The notes beneath the pieces are model-generated. The model ran no database searches. It saw only the letters and a list, made by a program, of their open reading frames with translations, and had not been told where the DNA came from. Made by a program: the position numbers and the translations under genes. DNA of 64,000 bases from NCBI RefSeq assembly GCF_000143415.4, contig NW_003314338.1, positions 186,001-250,000 on the forward strand, read 5' to 3'. Position 1 is the stretch's first letter. Every line of letters starts with the position of its first letter. This stretch comes from Selaginella moellendorffii (taxonomy: Eukaryota > Plantae > Lycopodiophyta). Positions 1-14,401 of the stretch are shown piece by piece.

Positions 1-36
1 TCATGTGTCAAGTCGGATTGGCATGCCCCAAACCAG

Positions 37-3000
37 GCCGGCCTCAAGCTGCTCAAGGAGTATGTCAACATGCGGGATTTCTCGAGGCTGCTGGACGAGC
101 AGACGGAAAGGCTCCAGCGCCAGGGCCAGATTCCGCGTAACAAAGCTTTTGCTCGCTCGCTTTCTTTTCTCATCTCGCCCTGTCCTGTTTTTGTGCTGCA
201 GCATCGACATGGCCGGGTGTGGTGCATGCCTTGTGCGAGGGCACTTCGTCATACCTGAAAACGCCCAAGAAGAAGGCGCCCAGTTTCGAGTATGCCAAGG
301 TACTCAGGAGTCTGGTGAGGAGGGCTTGTGCCTCCGGTAAGCTGCGCGCAATCTTGCTCAAAAGCACGACGTGTTGTCAACTGAATATCCTTTGATCGCA
401 GACAAGAGAGGGGTCCTGGTGCGCAAGCTCAGTCACCTGTACCAGCATTTGGTGGATACCGTCGTCACTGTTCCCAGCTTCCAAGCTGATTACTGCGCTA
501 TTGTGTCCGATCTTCTTAGCGAGCACGAATACCGCTTGCGCATGAAGGAGGAAACATATGCAGGTAACTCTCGCGTTATAAACGACCTCACACAGTCTTG
601 GTTGCCTGCTCTAGAACTTGTCCAGTTCCTTCTGCAAACTCAGACGCAGCCGCACGACGATGCCTTTCTGTCCATCGTCAAAAATCCACCAGGGGGTATC
701 CCTCCGTCTTTAAGGCCGGACGTCGCGGCCAAGCTCTCCAACATCTTTCTGCACATCAGGTGTGTTCGTAATTCTGGGAGTTTACGGACATGACACGCGG
801 GTTCTTAAACCAGTGATATCAAAGCGGGTCTGAAAAAGGCTCTAGAGGCAGTCACCAGCTTGTTGAGGCATGATGGACCAAATCTAGGCAGTCACCTACT
901 TGAAATTCATTGCGGTGCTAAGAAATGCCTTTTCCGGTCATGGGCTACAATTACCGACACTGCTACCAAGGTTAGATGCTACCCTGCGGTCTTTATATGC
1001 TCATTTCCTTTACTGTTACAGGACTTGTTTGTTCTGTATCTGAGGATGCAACTGAAACTAAGCAGCATTGTGAGGGACGACGAAACCGATCACCTCGAGG
1101 AGTTGTTTGACTTCGTGGTTAAGGAACTGGACGGGAAGTGTTGGTAAGCCGAACCTTTCGTAATGCCAAGAAGCTTACAGCGCATTATTCTTTTTACCCA
1201 GGGACACCAAGGCTGTACCACTTGCGAGCTCGACACACTCGTTTCTAATGCTTGCTGCCCAAGTCATTTTTGAGGTGCATTCAGCGTTTGCTATACTCTC
1301 CCGTTCTGACTTCTCTCTTTCAGTTCCTCGGCAGGGACAGAGGTCATGCTACCAACAGCTCTAAACGTAGAAAAAAGGAGAGCGTCACTGCGCTCATCAC
1401 AGACAGAATACGTGATTTGAAACCGTTGTGGTAAGAGTCATGTTGGTGTGCGACATCGTCACATTCCTGCAATAATCAGGGCTGGCGCCATTTGCCTTCT
1501 GCTGAGGCACTATGGTTCTAAGCTTCCGCAGCAGTTCTTATCTGATGTCTTTCAAGCTTTGGTGCAGAGGTACGTCTCGACTACAATGCTGTATGATAAA
1601 CATATGTATGTGCTTTTTGAAGGTTGCCTATTGAAGCGATCAACGTCATGTCCTTTGAAGTACCTTTATGGCTTATAAGGTTTGTCTTCCACTGCTCTTA
1701 TATCTGACATTATTCAGAACAATCCAGATGCGTCAACGAGATTTGTGATATTGGGGACCATGGAACCTGGCAGGTGTGGTAGATTGTAATTTTTCCACTC
1801 TTCTGCACTCTTCTGTTATTTACGTCCGCTAGTCTTGCAGAACGCAAGCCTTTGGCAGTGTGTGTGGGAGGCGACAATCAAATGGATATTGTTGATGAGC
1901 ACTGTGCTGGTTCTTGTATGGGTGATGTCGTACTCCTCCCCATTGTCTTCTCATGATGCTTGCAGGTGGACGAGGCTTTGAAGCTACTGAGCAACATATT
2001 GCTTATGGTAGCTTTTCCGGGTATTATGAGACTTTGACCTCTGACTTTGTTGTTTCTGCGATGCAGAATAACTCGCCTGCTTTTGTTGCTCCGAACGAAA
2101 TTTGGGAGCTCCACGTATTCAGAGATCAACCAACAAGGTATCGTCATCTCCTTGAGCTCTTCCGCAGGTTTTGCTAACAGTTATCGCACCCGCAGAAGTG
2201 CTCTCTTTTTTGTTTCTGTGTTGTTTTCGACTGCTCCCTGTCAGGTAATTAATAGGTTGATCAGATACCTGGAATGACATTCGATTTGCTCTTCCAGGAC
2301 TTTGTTCTTCGAAAATCTCTTCTTGTTTGGGCTCTGAAGGCATTGAAGTTTCAGGTGTCCAACCTTCTCGTTCTTTTTCTTTTGTTCTTTTTCTGTTGTA
2401 ACTTCTCGTCTTTTAGGCCGGATCTTCGGAATGTCAGGTACCCCTCAAGCTTATAAGCTGGACGCTCCTTTCTCTCTCGGTTGGTGCGCTGGAATTTCAA
2501 GTAAAGGATGCCGCTACTTTCTTACAGAGCTGGTCGGAGGTAATTAGATTCTTAACTATTTGTGATAAAATCTCCGTGCCGAGTTACTCGCCTAAATTTC
2601 TCAGCAAACGGAACAAGGCAAGGTTCTAGAAGCGGAGTTGCGTGAACTTGACCTTGCAGACGAAGTTTTAGCCAACTGTGGAGTTGAAGGATTGTCCGCA
2701 ATCAACGTAAGCACATTTGCATTCGTGGATATTCTTTTAGAAGCTGGTTTCTTCAGGTTGAATTCCAACGAAACAGTTTAGTGAGTCTTTCTCAAAGCGA
2801 CGATTTACTTCAAATCCTTGGTGAAGGTATTTTGCAACTTATTCAAGAAGTAAAATGCCAGCGACTGGAATCTCTCCTTCGGGTGGCCGTACTTGTGTCC
2901 TACTGTTTTGTGGGAGTCGAGGTTTCAAGGAAAACGAGGTAAGCCTATTGCTAAATGAAATGATTCTGAGATTTTTTTTTCCAGAGGTCACACAGTCCTT

Positions 3001-6000
3001 CTTTGGAGTCGCGATGGAGAAATCTTTACCTCACCTGCAGTTCTTATGGGGTGCTGCATTTTGCGACTGGAAAGTGTTGGAGAAACTGGGGAGGCATCTA
3101 GACAACTCACTGTGAAATCACTTCTTGCATTAGATGAGCTTGTTTCTGCAGAAAGCGCCGGCCAGACAAAGCTTGTTTCCCGGTGCTCCTTTGAAGGATT
3201 ATTGAAAGTCTTGCGGAGTTTATTAGAGGACGGCAGAGTATGTGAATCCACAACTTCTAATTCTGTACTGAACGATGCGGAGCTGGATGCACCTAAACGA
3301 GAAAACTGGAAAGTCATATGCATATCCATGATTTGCAGCCTCGGCCGGCAAATTCCAGAGGCTGCGTTTCATATTTTGCGAGATCTACTGCTTGCTTCAG
3401 AGGACTTTAAGGTAGTTGTTTTCACTTTAATGAATGTTTGGATGGCATTTGACCATAAAGGTTTTCGCAGGTTCGTGAAAAGCTCATATTTTCTATGTGC
3501 AGTATTTTTACGATTCCTGAGATGCTACCGAGACTTGAGGAACTGGTAAGCTGCGTTAGTTTTGCCAGTGCTTTGACGCGTAAGGACAGGTCGAAGAATT
3601 GATGAATTCCCTACAAAAAGGTCAAGTTTGTGACTCTACCTGTTTCAATACTCTGGCTTCTTCCCAACTGCTGCTGTCAAAGTTGAAAGCCGAGAAAGAT
3701 AAAGCCAAACTGGCACAGGTCCGTCGTCCCCAGATTTCCTTGTTTATAGCTTTGAGCTTTCTTTCAGGTACTTCCAAGGTTTCAAAAGATTATAGAATAC
3801 GTTTCGAAGGTGAATGCTCTACAATATACAACGCGTTTGAAAATTGGCGAAGCTGTTGCAGACTTGATGATACTGGATGCGACCCTTGCCCAGGTATCCC
3901 GTAGCTTGTTACGTAATCAATCCCTTTGACAACGGCTTCTGATTGTAGGATTTAATGTTTTTGGAACTTCTGCAAGATCCTGACTTTCGTGTCAGGGCCG
4001 GTCATGCTAGCCGAATACATATCTTGTTTGAGACGTGGAGCGGACATCCCCAACTTCTACAGGATGTCCAGTAAGTTTGTTTTTGCGATGATGATAAGAT
4101 CTCTGACAAGTTAGTGCATGTGCTAGAGCTAGTCTTGGAGTGAAACTATCAACTTCCCACCTAGGTGATACAACGGAAGCTCTTCTGTATAAAACGGCAA
4201 TAATAGCTATCGGTGAAGTAGCAGCTGCAAGCGAACAAGTGGAAGCTGATGTACGACCACTGCTATTTATATTCTCATTGTCATGCTCATTTTACCTTTT
4301 CAGGCTGTGTGCATTATTCTTGCCCAAGCTGCTCTACAGCCCATGCATAGGTAATGTTAGCATGTTTCTAATAACACAATTGAGATTTGATTGTTGCAGG
4401 AGTTTAGTCGTTGCAGTGCTTAATAAAATTGCCAAACAACTGGGCTATACAGACAGATTTAAGGTTGTGATAGCTGTAATATGCGCTGTTTACTAGTTCG
4501 TGTATATTTGTTTTGAAGTTCTTCAAGCAGCTGCTCAGATCGATATTGGACTGCTGGGTTGCCGCTTCATTTCATATAAGTGAACTCCTGAAGGTATGCA
4601 AATCTTGAAGTTCTAACTTTATTTGATTGTTTATATGTAACCAGGTGAGCGACATACTTATCCAACCTTCAAATGCATACGGGTTCCTTGAGTATTGTCT
4701 TCCGTTCATACTACCTTCTTCGTTCCTACATGGACAACATGCCGAAATTCAGCAGATAGCACAGGTATGCATAGCAGGTATTTGCCCATTTGAGTCTTAC
4801 TTTTGTTTAGGAGAGAACAATGTCTGTCAGTTCATTGGTCGAGGAGAACTTTGCCTCTATTTTTGCCTTCCTTGCCGCTCTGGATTGGGGTGGATATGAT
4901 AAAGCCTCGTTGGTTCTTCAAAGCCCTCTATTTGAAACTCAAATTCAGCGGGAGAAGCTTATAAAACAACACGTGGTAGGTGCTGAGTTTCTTTTCTTGT
5001 GCGGCTGAAGTGCTTACATACAGCACGACAGTTTTCTATTGCAAAAAATATCATTCTGCTAGTGAAGGCGGACGCTGTGTTGCCATCAGTTTCGAAGGAT
5101 GCGGCCATGGCTGCCGTAAGGGCAGTTGCGAAGGGGTTATTTGAAGAGTATGTATCGTACATTCAAATATTTCTAACTGATAACACTGGAATTTACTCAG
5201 TAGTAGACGCCAAGAAGTGAAGGAGCTCGTATTCCAGGTTAGTGCATGCGCCTGGGATGTTGATTCTCACTTGACGTGAAGAACAGATTTTGCTAGAAAT
5301 TCACAAGGAGGCTTCCAGTTCTTCTCACTGGCGCCACACACGGCACTCTCTGGAAAAACTGGACGCATTCTTGAACGTTATCGAGGACGGAATTGTGATT
5401 CCGAGCACATTCCGGTAACTTTTTGTCTACTAAGGTCATACAGCTTACAATGGCATGGCAGGTACATGATGCACATAATTTTGCAATCAATTGAAATGGT
5501 TGACTTGCAACCGAAGTGCTGTTTATTGATAAATGCAATGATTGATAAACTGGAGCGCAAACCGCAGTCGTCTATGTGGATTCTGGGAGAGCATCTACAG
5601 GTTATATTTGTTATTGTGAAGTTAATGGTGGCATCTCAAATATCTTTGGTATTACAGGCTCTTGTTTCTGGACTGGTGTCATGTACTTTTAACGGTGATC
5701 TATTGTGCTCATCTGTGCTTCAGCTACTTCATCGTGTGACTCTGAAAGGCGAATCATCTTTATCCCCCTATGTGAAGGTACTGCATACTGGCTTGATAAG
5801 CTTTTCAGTTTGAACCTGTTCTTTTCAGGAACTTAACCAACTTCCGGACTTTCCTTGCTTCAACACGATAAGAGAATTCCAAGCTCAATTGCGTTCTGCC
5901 GATGCATTTTCAAAAGAGTTTGTAAAGGTAAGAACGGAGTATGCAACATATAACACTCATGAGTGCCTTCAGTTTGTGCAGAAGGCTCCTTCTCTTCCCT

Positions 6001-9000
6001 CTCAATTACGACTATGGAGGTTTACTTCTTATTTCTATCTTTTTTTCAATCTTTTTGCTTTCTTTTTTCAGTCTTCGAAGCTTTTGCAACCAATTGCGAG
6101 ATGCACCGGAATCTCGGAGTCTCTTCACTTCTGATGAATTAGTGATTGCCGTTTGGGAACTTGTTCTCTCATGCAATGACGATCATGATTATGACATCAA
6201 GAATCTGACTGCGGAACTTCTAGCTGCGGTAAGACAGTTTTGTTTGTAAAGCTATGTGTCATCCACTTACCATTGCAGGTTGGAATTGGAAATTGTGAAG
6301 CGGTGGTTTTCCATTTGCCAGACGCTAACAGAAATTTCTTGCGTCCCTCATATCGTTCAAAAACTATCGACGTGGCTGGGCCGTCTGAGGATATTTTGGA
6401 AGTAGTACTGACTCAGCTGTGCAGCTATTTACTAGATAAAGATGTTTTTATAATTGATCTGGCGTATCAAACAGCAAAGGTCTGAATCTACTTTGGTAAT
6501 CTGTAAAACAAGTCACGGATTTGTGCAGGGCTTGTTGGCAACCAAAAATGGTTATGACGTTTTAAATAGACTCAATGAACAAGAGCGAGCGTACTTGGAG
6601 GTAAAACATGCAAAGCAGGCAATGTGTATTGACACATGCTACTGTTTTCAGACGCATACCGATGGTCCTAACAAAATGTTGGTGAACCTAGTTCTTGGGT
6701 GTAATGCTCGTAAGTGAGCTTGGAAATAGACATCTTTTCATCGTTTTCATGCAGCAAAATCTGGGAAGCTTGAAGATTCATCAGTTTGGAGCACTAGCGA
6801 CAAAAGTTACGAGACTTGGATTTGTTCGTTGGTTCATGCCTTGATAAGCTACACCGAAGATACTCTTTTAAGGTGACTTTATTCTTTGTTATATTTTGGA
6901 CTTAGGATGAAAATGCTTGCAGGCTTTGTCAGAGTCTGGTTGAGGTTAAGGCTGCACTAGCTGAGTTTCTGCTCCCTTATGCGCTTGGGTCGTTGGCTAA
7001 AGTGATCCCAATTCATTCTGCTCTGTACACTACTATTGTTACACATGCAAGTGCTGGTCTGTTTATTTCATCAGAAAGCTTACAGCTTCACATGTAGGTT
7101 CAAGACCATATCTTTTCCGATGTCAACAAAAATACAAGGTCGATGCAAGTTTTTCTCGAAGCTTTTAATAGTCTACGAGCTTGTCACGTAAAGGCAGCAG
7201 CCAAAGGCTTGTCGCAAGGAACAAATACGCTGGAGCCTCTAAAGTGGCCTAAGGTAGTTGAATTTCATTATAATCTTTCAGGTTTCTTCTTCCTCAGGTT
7301 TATTGGCTGGATGTGGATTACCTTCTTACGGCCAAGACAGCACAGGTCGGCTTATTTTGTGTTTGATTTGGGTTCTATGACATTTAACTTGGAAACTGTT
7401 CAGAAATGTGCGGCGTACTTCACTTCTGTTCTCTATGTTGAACATTGGTGTGAAGAAAATTTCGGAAAGGCTGTGCTGGGAGAACGAGAACTTTCGGGAG
7501 ATGAGGACGAGGTAAAATCTTGCATCATTCTTGACTGTAATCGTGTCTTAACGTGATTGCCAGCTACCCGAACATCTGGAACGTCTTCTGTCTGTGTATA
7601 CGAAGGTGAATGAACCAGACAGCATCTATGGCATAATTTACACTCACAATGTAAGATCAATTACTTGAACGTTGTCTATCTGATGCCAAGAATATGTTTC
7701 TCAGCCCATATCACAAGTCAGGCTGTACGAGCATGAAGGCAACTGGGGAAAGGCTTTGGAAACATATGATTTGCTGCTAAGTAGCTCAAATAACACTGAC
7801 GTCCTAAAGGGTTACTACAAAGGTGTTGTACGGGCGCTGCAACACTCAGGATGCTCTCAGGTGAGGGACGTTTACAGCACAGGTCTTAGAAACATCAAGA
7901 TGGAACTATTAAACGACAAGGAGTTCAAAGAATTACAGGTACATCCAGCCTTTGAGATCATCACATGATCTTTCTTGTGTGCAGTACGAAGGTGCCTGGA
8001 AGTCTGGAAAGTGGGACCTGAGTTTCGATATGAACCCCACCGGTGATGATTCTCTTAAGCTGGGCTTTCATGGAAATTTACTCAGGTAATGTTATTGTTG
8101 TTTATGTAGTATAAGTTTTGCTATCTTCATTAGCAGCTCCTTTCAATGTCTCGTTGAAGGAGATTTCAGCAGATTTGACACTTCTGTCAAACGGATGAAA
8201 GAGGTAAGGTTCTTATGTATCGTTTTCTCTCAAGTCTAACAAGTTTATCAGGACACTGTTTCTCATGTTGCGCACACCAGCCTTGAAAGCACTCAAAATG
8301 TTTATCCATCTATCGTCAAACTCCAGGCTCGTTACACCTTTTACGTTTGTGATCCTGATACTGTCTCTCTTCAGATTGTTGATTGTCTCCCGTTCGCTTG
8401 GAGTCTCCGCTGGCCATCATTGGGATCTAGTGGACCTAGCACCCCTCCCGACAGCGAGGTATGTAAGGGATTTACGTGTTATATTTTATATGTTTCTAAT
8501 TTTTCCCTGGAAAAAAAATCTTTCATTCGGTTCTGCAGATACAAATGCTATTTACGAGGTGGAAAGGCATTACGAAACAAACGACGGGAAACTACAACCT
8601 CTTGGAACCATTTGGGAGCTTTATGAAAGTACTTCTTCGGGTTCTTCAGCGGGAGGACTGTCTTCCTTGTTATCTTGTTGAATACGCAGCACTTGCCAGA
8701 AAGGTTCCAAACTCTTTCTCATTTGACGCTTACCAATAAGTTTTTAGGCTGGAAGACTCAATCAAGCAGCAGGTGCAATTCAAGAGCTCAAAGGCCTTTG
8801 CCAAGGAGACAATAAGCGCAGCGAGATTTTAAGAGCCGGACGGGTCTGTTTTATCTCTAATTCATGTCGACTAAGTATACTAATGTATATGGTCTTTCAG
8901 ATTGAAGAAGCTAAAGTCCTATGGGCGCAAGGTCAGCGTGAATTGGCAGTAAGTCTTGTGAAGTACTTGTTAACGTATATTGGTTCGACGGACTCCATGG

Positions 9001-12000
9001 CTTTGTATTGTCTTGCTGGAAAGTGGCTTGCACAAACAAGATCCGCAAGGTACCAACGTGCCCGAAATTATTTTGTCCATAACAAATTTTCGTTGCAGCT
9101 CTCATGTAATCCTTGAGTCTTATCTTGAGAAAGCTGTCATCATTGCTGAGACTAGATCTACGAGTTCTGGTAGTAGCGATTTCATGAAACGGAGAAGTAA
9201 AACACATTTCCACCTGGCCCATTTTGCTAATGCTCTTCATCGAAGTTATGAAGATCGACTTGGCTCTACCGAGTGGCAAACTGAATTACAGCTGAGAAAT
9301 ATGAAGGTATGATGAACTTGCAAAGACTTTTTGTCACATCATCTGTGTTCTTTAGATGAAGGAGTATGAGGCACTGGTGAGAAAAGCCAAAGAATCAAAA
9401 GTAAGCACTCTTTTATTTGGCTGTAATAACTTTTTGGTTTTTGAAAGGATGATACGCATGGTTACTCTCTTAAGGCGCTGGAAGTTCAGAAGGAGCTTAA
9501 ACTGGAAAGTGTAGAGTGGACCAAGATGCATGTGAGTTATAGCTCAATACACTTGCTCCTGCCTGACAATGATGTCTGCAGGGCGACATGGCACGTGTGC
9601 TTAGAACTTGCCTCAAGTCCTACAGGAGTTGCTTACTCTCAAGTGACAAGTATGATATGAGAGTGGTAAGCTAAACTCGTAATATTGGCCTAGTTTTAAT
9701 CTACTTCGATAGGTCTTTCGGTTGGTTTCTCTTTGGTTTGGGAACGTCGAGAACAAAACTGTTATAAATGACATGATCGAGACTGTGCATAAGGTAAGTT
9801 CAGTTGTGCTGCAAATTAGGGGGACTTCTAGTTGGCACACATCACATTGGCAGGTACCGTCGTTTAAGTTCCTTCCGCTGGTTTATCAAATAGCATCCAG
9901 AATGGGTGCCATAAAAACGGCAAACGATTTTCAGGTATGTTTTTCAGTCCTGAATCTTGAGACTGTGACTTGTCGTTTCGCAGTTTGCTGTGGCCTCACT
10001 TGTGAAGAAGATGGCGATTGAGCATCCGTACCACTCACTCTACCAGGTACTGTGCTTCTACCAAGCTATGTGCCTTCTAATGTGGATTTACAACTTTAGT
10101 TACTGGCGCTGGCCAATGGGGATCGAATCAAGGAAAACCAGAAGAGGAAAAACGCTTTCGTTATTGACCTAGAGAAAAAACGTGCAGCAGAGGAGCTACT
10201 GAAGGAGCTAACTAATCGCCATTCTAATTTGATCATGCAGGTAATTAATTATTACATCACAATTCAGGACGTGGTTCCTTTGTTATTTAGGTGCGAGATA
10301 TGGTTGAGGTGTATATCAAACTGGCCGAGCTGGAGGTCTCACAGCAAGTAATTGCCGTGTGCAGCGTTGGCCTACTTTGTAGCTAATTTTTCTTTACTTT
10401 GTTTTTTTGCAGGACTGCCTTAAGCCAGTACCCTATCCAAGGGATATTCGTAGTGTGCGACGACTTAATCTGGTAAATACTAGAAGTTATCCTTCAATAT
10501 TTCCTTCAATTGAAATTTATACAGGTCCCCGTTTTGACTGCGAACATTCCAGTAGATCGCAATTGTGACTACTCTGGTAAAAATCTCCCATATTTCGATG
10601 GATTCGAGGGAAGCATTACGTAAGATTAACTTGGTCTTGCTTTCATACTAACTAAAAGCGCAAAACATTTCAGTGTAATGAGAGGCGTTAATGTTCCAAA
10701 AGTTGTGCTGTGCCGCGGATCGGACGGCCAAAAGTATCGCCAGTTAGCCAAATCTGGGGGTGATGATCTCCGTCAAGATGCGGTCTGTAGTCTCTAAGAC
10801 CTTGGAGAGATAATAACATCGATTTTCAGGTGATGGAGCAACTTTTTGGTCTTGTCAACACACTCTTAAAGGATCATTCAGAAACTCGTATCAGATGTCT
10901 TCAAATACGAACATACAAGGTACAACTAGCAGTTTTCATATGATCCCGTTTCTTACTTTCGAAAACTCAGGTTGTTCCGTTCACTCCGAGTGCTGGTGCT
11001 CTGGAATGGGTGAATGGGACCATTCCACTCGGACAGTATTTGCTGGGAAGGTAAGAATTAGTATGAGATCTTCTGGTTTGCTCAGAGAAGGAAAATTGTT
11101 TAGTTCTAAAGTACCAGGAGCACACACTCGCTACAGCGTTGCAGATTGGACGTTTGCGGAGTGCCGAGAGCATATAGTCAAGGTATGTGTGACGCCCGGC
11201 GAGCTATCCATTGTTCACCGTTTGTTGGTTAGGAATCCAACAAAAGCGCGGCCTTCCAGACCGTGTGCAAAAACTTTAGGTGAGACTATGAGATTTATTC
11301 TGCCAGGTGGTTGTAAGTTGTGTCTGCTAGGCCTGTTTTCCGCTACTTCTTCCGAGAGAACTTCTCTCGAGCTGCAGACTGGTTTGAAAAGCGGCTGAAC
11401 TATACGCGAAGTGTGGCAGCTTCTTCAATGGTGAGAAATTTCTCATTTGTTGTGCTTGTTCTCTGCTGATCACGTCTTTAATTTCAGGTTGGCTACGTTG
11501 TGGGACTGGGAGACCGCCATTCGATGAACATTTTGATTGATCAGGCTAATGCTGATGTCGTCCATATCGATCTAGGGGTGGCGTTTGACCAAGGATTGAT
11601 GCTTAAGACACCAGAAACGGTAGCTGATTGCTTGCTGTGCCGTAGCTGACTTGGGATACCTCCAGATTCCGTTTAGACTCACACGGGACGTTATCGATGG
11701 TATGGGTGTCACGGGTGTGGAGGGAGTGTTCAGGAGATGTTGTGAAGCGACGCTTTCCGTCTTGCGAGCGAACAAGGAAGCGTTGCTCACCATTATCGAG
11801 GTAAGTGCTACGAAGTAAGGCGGAAGAAAGTTTGCTAAGGTTGCTATGCAGGTGTTCATACACGATCCTTTGTACAGATGGGCCTTGTCACCCCTCAAGG
11901 CGCTGCAGAGACAAGAGGTATACATCATCTTTATAATGCTTCTCTAATTTCCATTCAGGGAGCCGAGTATGCGGATGTGGAGGACCCTGATAAAGTGGAG

Positions 12001-12225
12001 GGAAACAAAGATGCGACACGGGCACTAATGCGCGTTAAACAAAAGCTTGATGGCTATCGTGATGGCGAGAACCGTACAGTCGAGGGTCAGGTAATAAAGG
12101 ATTGGCATTGCTCTCTTTTTCTTTCTTTAAGAACTGTCCCATTACAGGTCCAGCAGCTGGTCCAAGATGCACAAGATCCAGAGAACCTGTGCCTTTTGTT
12201 TCCTGGTTGGGCCGCTTGGCTGTGA
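37..12225 (+). CDS. ATM: ATM serine/threonine kinase (PIKK family), many short exons, 5'-partial (first exon upstream of window)
   Basis: TAN-like N-terminus ([31 protein letters not shown], ~202-336); FAT motifs ([17 protein letters not shown] 7408; [11 protein letters not shown] 8901); kinase motifs [11 protein letters not shown] (~10750) and [17 protein letters not shown] (~11503-11577); FATC end [24 protein letters not shown] at 12225; GT-AG introns of ~50 bp. Confidence 0.96.
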
Positions 12226-12297
12226 TGCTGCAAGCTTCTTTCACAGATGCAAGGTGCTGTGTTTTGAAGCTATACGAGGTTCAGCTGTTTGAGGAAA

Positions 12298-14311
12298 CTA
12301 GACAGGCAGCTTGGCGATGTATTCTGGCAGTCCCATTTGCTCCAGAGGAACGCCGAACTCGGCCAGCTTGGATTGAAAAGCTTTGACAACGCTGTTGTGG
12401 GCCTGAAGGCACAGATATGTACGACGAAAATGATCAGAGAGCGCCAGTCTGAACTGCGAATCTTTACTTTGGTGACCCTCCCGAGCTCGTAATAAAGCCG
12501 CTTGATCTTCTGGTTCTTGGTGTCTATAACCTTGTCAATTCCAAACTTGGCTCCACTGGTGGCGTCCAGGAGTTTGGATGCGCCCATGGCCTCGCCCAGC
12601 TGAGTGTCCTGCAACCACCAGGTGATGAATCAAACACAAAACTCTGCCCCGCCGCACGCGCACCTTCTTCTCCAGCTGCTCCAACAAGACTTGCACGCGC
12701 TTCTCCAGCAGCAAGCTCTTGACCCCGCATTTCTGCTGCACGTCAAAAATGCACGACTCAAACCGAGCGTACAAGTCATCGCGCTCCGCTTGGACCTGGA
12801 GACACACAGCCTTGTACTACGTGATATCGCGTCCCCAGGGATGCATGCGCATGCATGCAATACCTTTTCGAGCTTCTCCTGGAGCAGCCTGTACTCCCAT
12901 TCCAGGTTCTGGACGTGCTTGAGAGCGTCCACGTGTTGCAAACGCAACTGCTGAAGGGAGTGCTTATCCTGTATTGGTTTTACTTTGATCAGCAGGCAGT
13001 TCTGAAAGAGGAATTCGTTACCTTGTCATACTGAGCCATCTGTTTCCTCAGGTTCTCCACTTCCTTTAGAGCCCGTGTCAGTGGCTCGGTCAGCCTTCTG
13101 TTCTCCTGCGCAATCTCGTACATGAGCTTCTCGTTTGCAGCCTCCCTCTTTTTCATGTCAGTCACGTCCTCCTAAAAAGGTTACACTGGCGGCAGTGTCA
13201 GTCTGCTGCCCTACTCCAATGGAACTTGTTTGTGTCACCTTGAGCGTCTTGATAAGGTCGAGATTGTTCTGGGTGATGTCGTTGTAATAGCACTTGATCT
13301 CCGAGAATGCCTTCTCGTGCTTCTTCATGAGGTCCGTGATGTGCATGTTTTTACGCTCCTCAATCTCGTGTATCTCCTGCTTCCGCTGGAACTCGTCATT
13401 GTCTCTGGTTTGTTTGATCTGTGCGTGTCACGCCATTGGAGAAAGCAGCAAAGTTTGAGCCATTGAGCAACTAAACCTTCTTGTCAGTCTTGGCAATCAG
13501 ATCTTGGGCATCCAGGTCAAACTGTTGCCTCATCTTTGTTATCTCCTTGGCATGGTCCTGCCAGAAACGATATCATGAGCCAGGGATACAGACATGGCAT
13601 ACGAGCTTCATCTGCTTGATCGTGTCCTCATAGTTGAGCTCCATTTCTTTCTTGTTGTCCTTGAGTGTACGCAGATCATTCCTGCAGCGCACAGCTGCAT
13701 CAGCAGGAGGGACAAGGTGTTTATCAGTACATATCATGACATGATCCAAGCAGAGCCACGTACAAGAGTTGAGATTCACGCTGGGCTGCCTGCTGGCGCT
13801 GCAGCTTGAGAGCCACCTCGTTCTCGGCCTTGACGCTGCCCACAATGTTCTGCTGCTCATATAAGAGGTGCTTCATCCGCTGGTTGTACACCTGCATGCA
13901 CGCGCACGAGTTTGCAGTCGACTAAAGGCAAATGCTCACCTTGATCTCCGCCTGCTGCCTCTCCTGGAGCTGCTCCCGCTCGACGTCTTTGTTCCGCACC
14001 AGTGCCAGAGCATGCTCGTGCTCCTTCTTCTTGATGTCCCAGAAGGACGCCACCTTGTCCTGCGCGGCCAGGCCACGAGCACGTTGAACGTTTCAAATGA
14101 GCTGCTCGGGGCCAGGAACACTCACCCGATCAATCTGCATGCGGTTGCGCTCATTTTCTTCCTTGGCCTTGTCCGCAGTAAGCGTTGCCACCTGCGCCTT
14201 GAGCTGCTCGGGTGTTGGCCCCGACGGCCCAGCGCCATCCTTGGACTTCTTCCCTCCCTTGCCTTTGCCACCCTTCTTCTTCTTGCCATCCCCCTTCTTC
14301 TTGGGTCCCAT
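12298..14311 (-). CDS. GAS8: GAS8/DRC4 (trypanin), nexin-dynein regulatory complex subunit, multi-exon
   Basis: [16 protein letters not shown] start; [30 protein letters not shown]; [26 protein letters not shown]; last exon [24 protein letters not shown] with TAG at 12298-12300. Confidence 0.92.
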
Positions 14312-14401
14312 TTCCACTCACTCTCTCTGCCACAAACTACTAACCGTGAACCGGTTTTAATATTCCCTTCAAGTGTTATAGAGCGAGTTATAATAGAATC
14401 T

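Noticed and set aside
12270-12297. GAS8 ending at the ORF-track stop 12270
   Set aside because: That frame reads through an intron; the spliced homologous frame stops at 12298-12300
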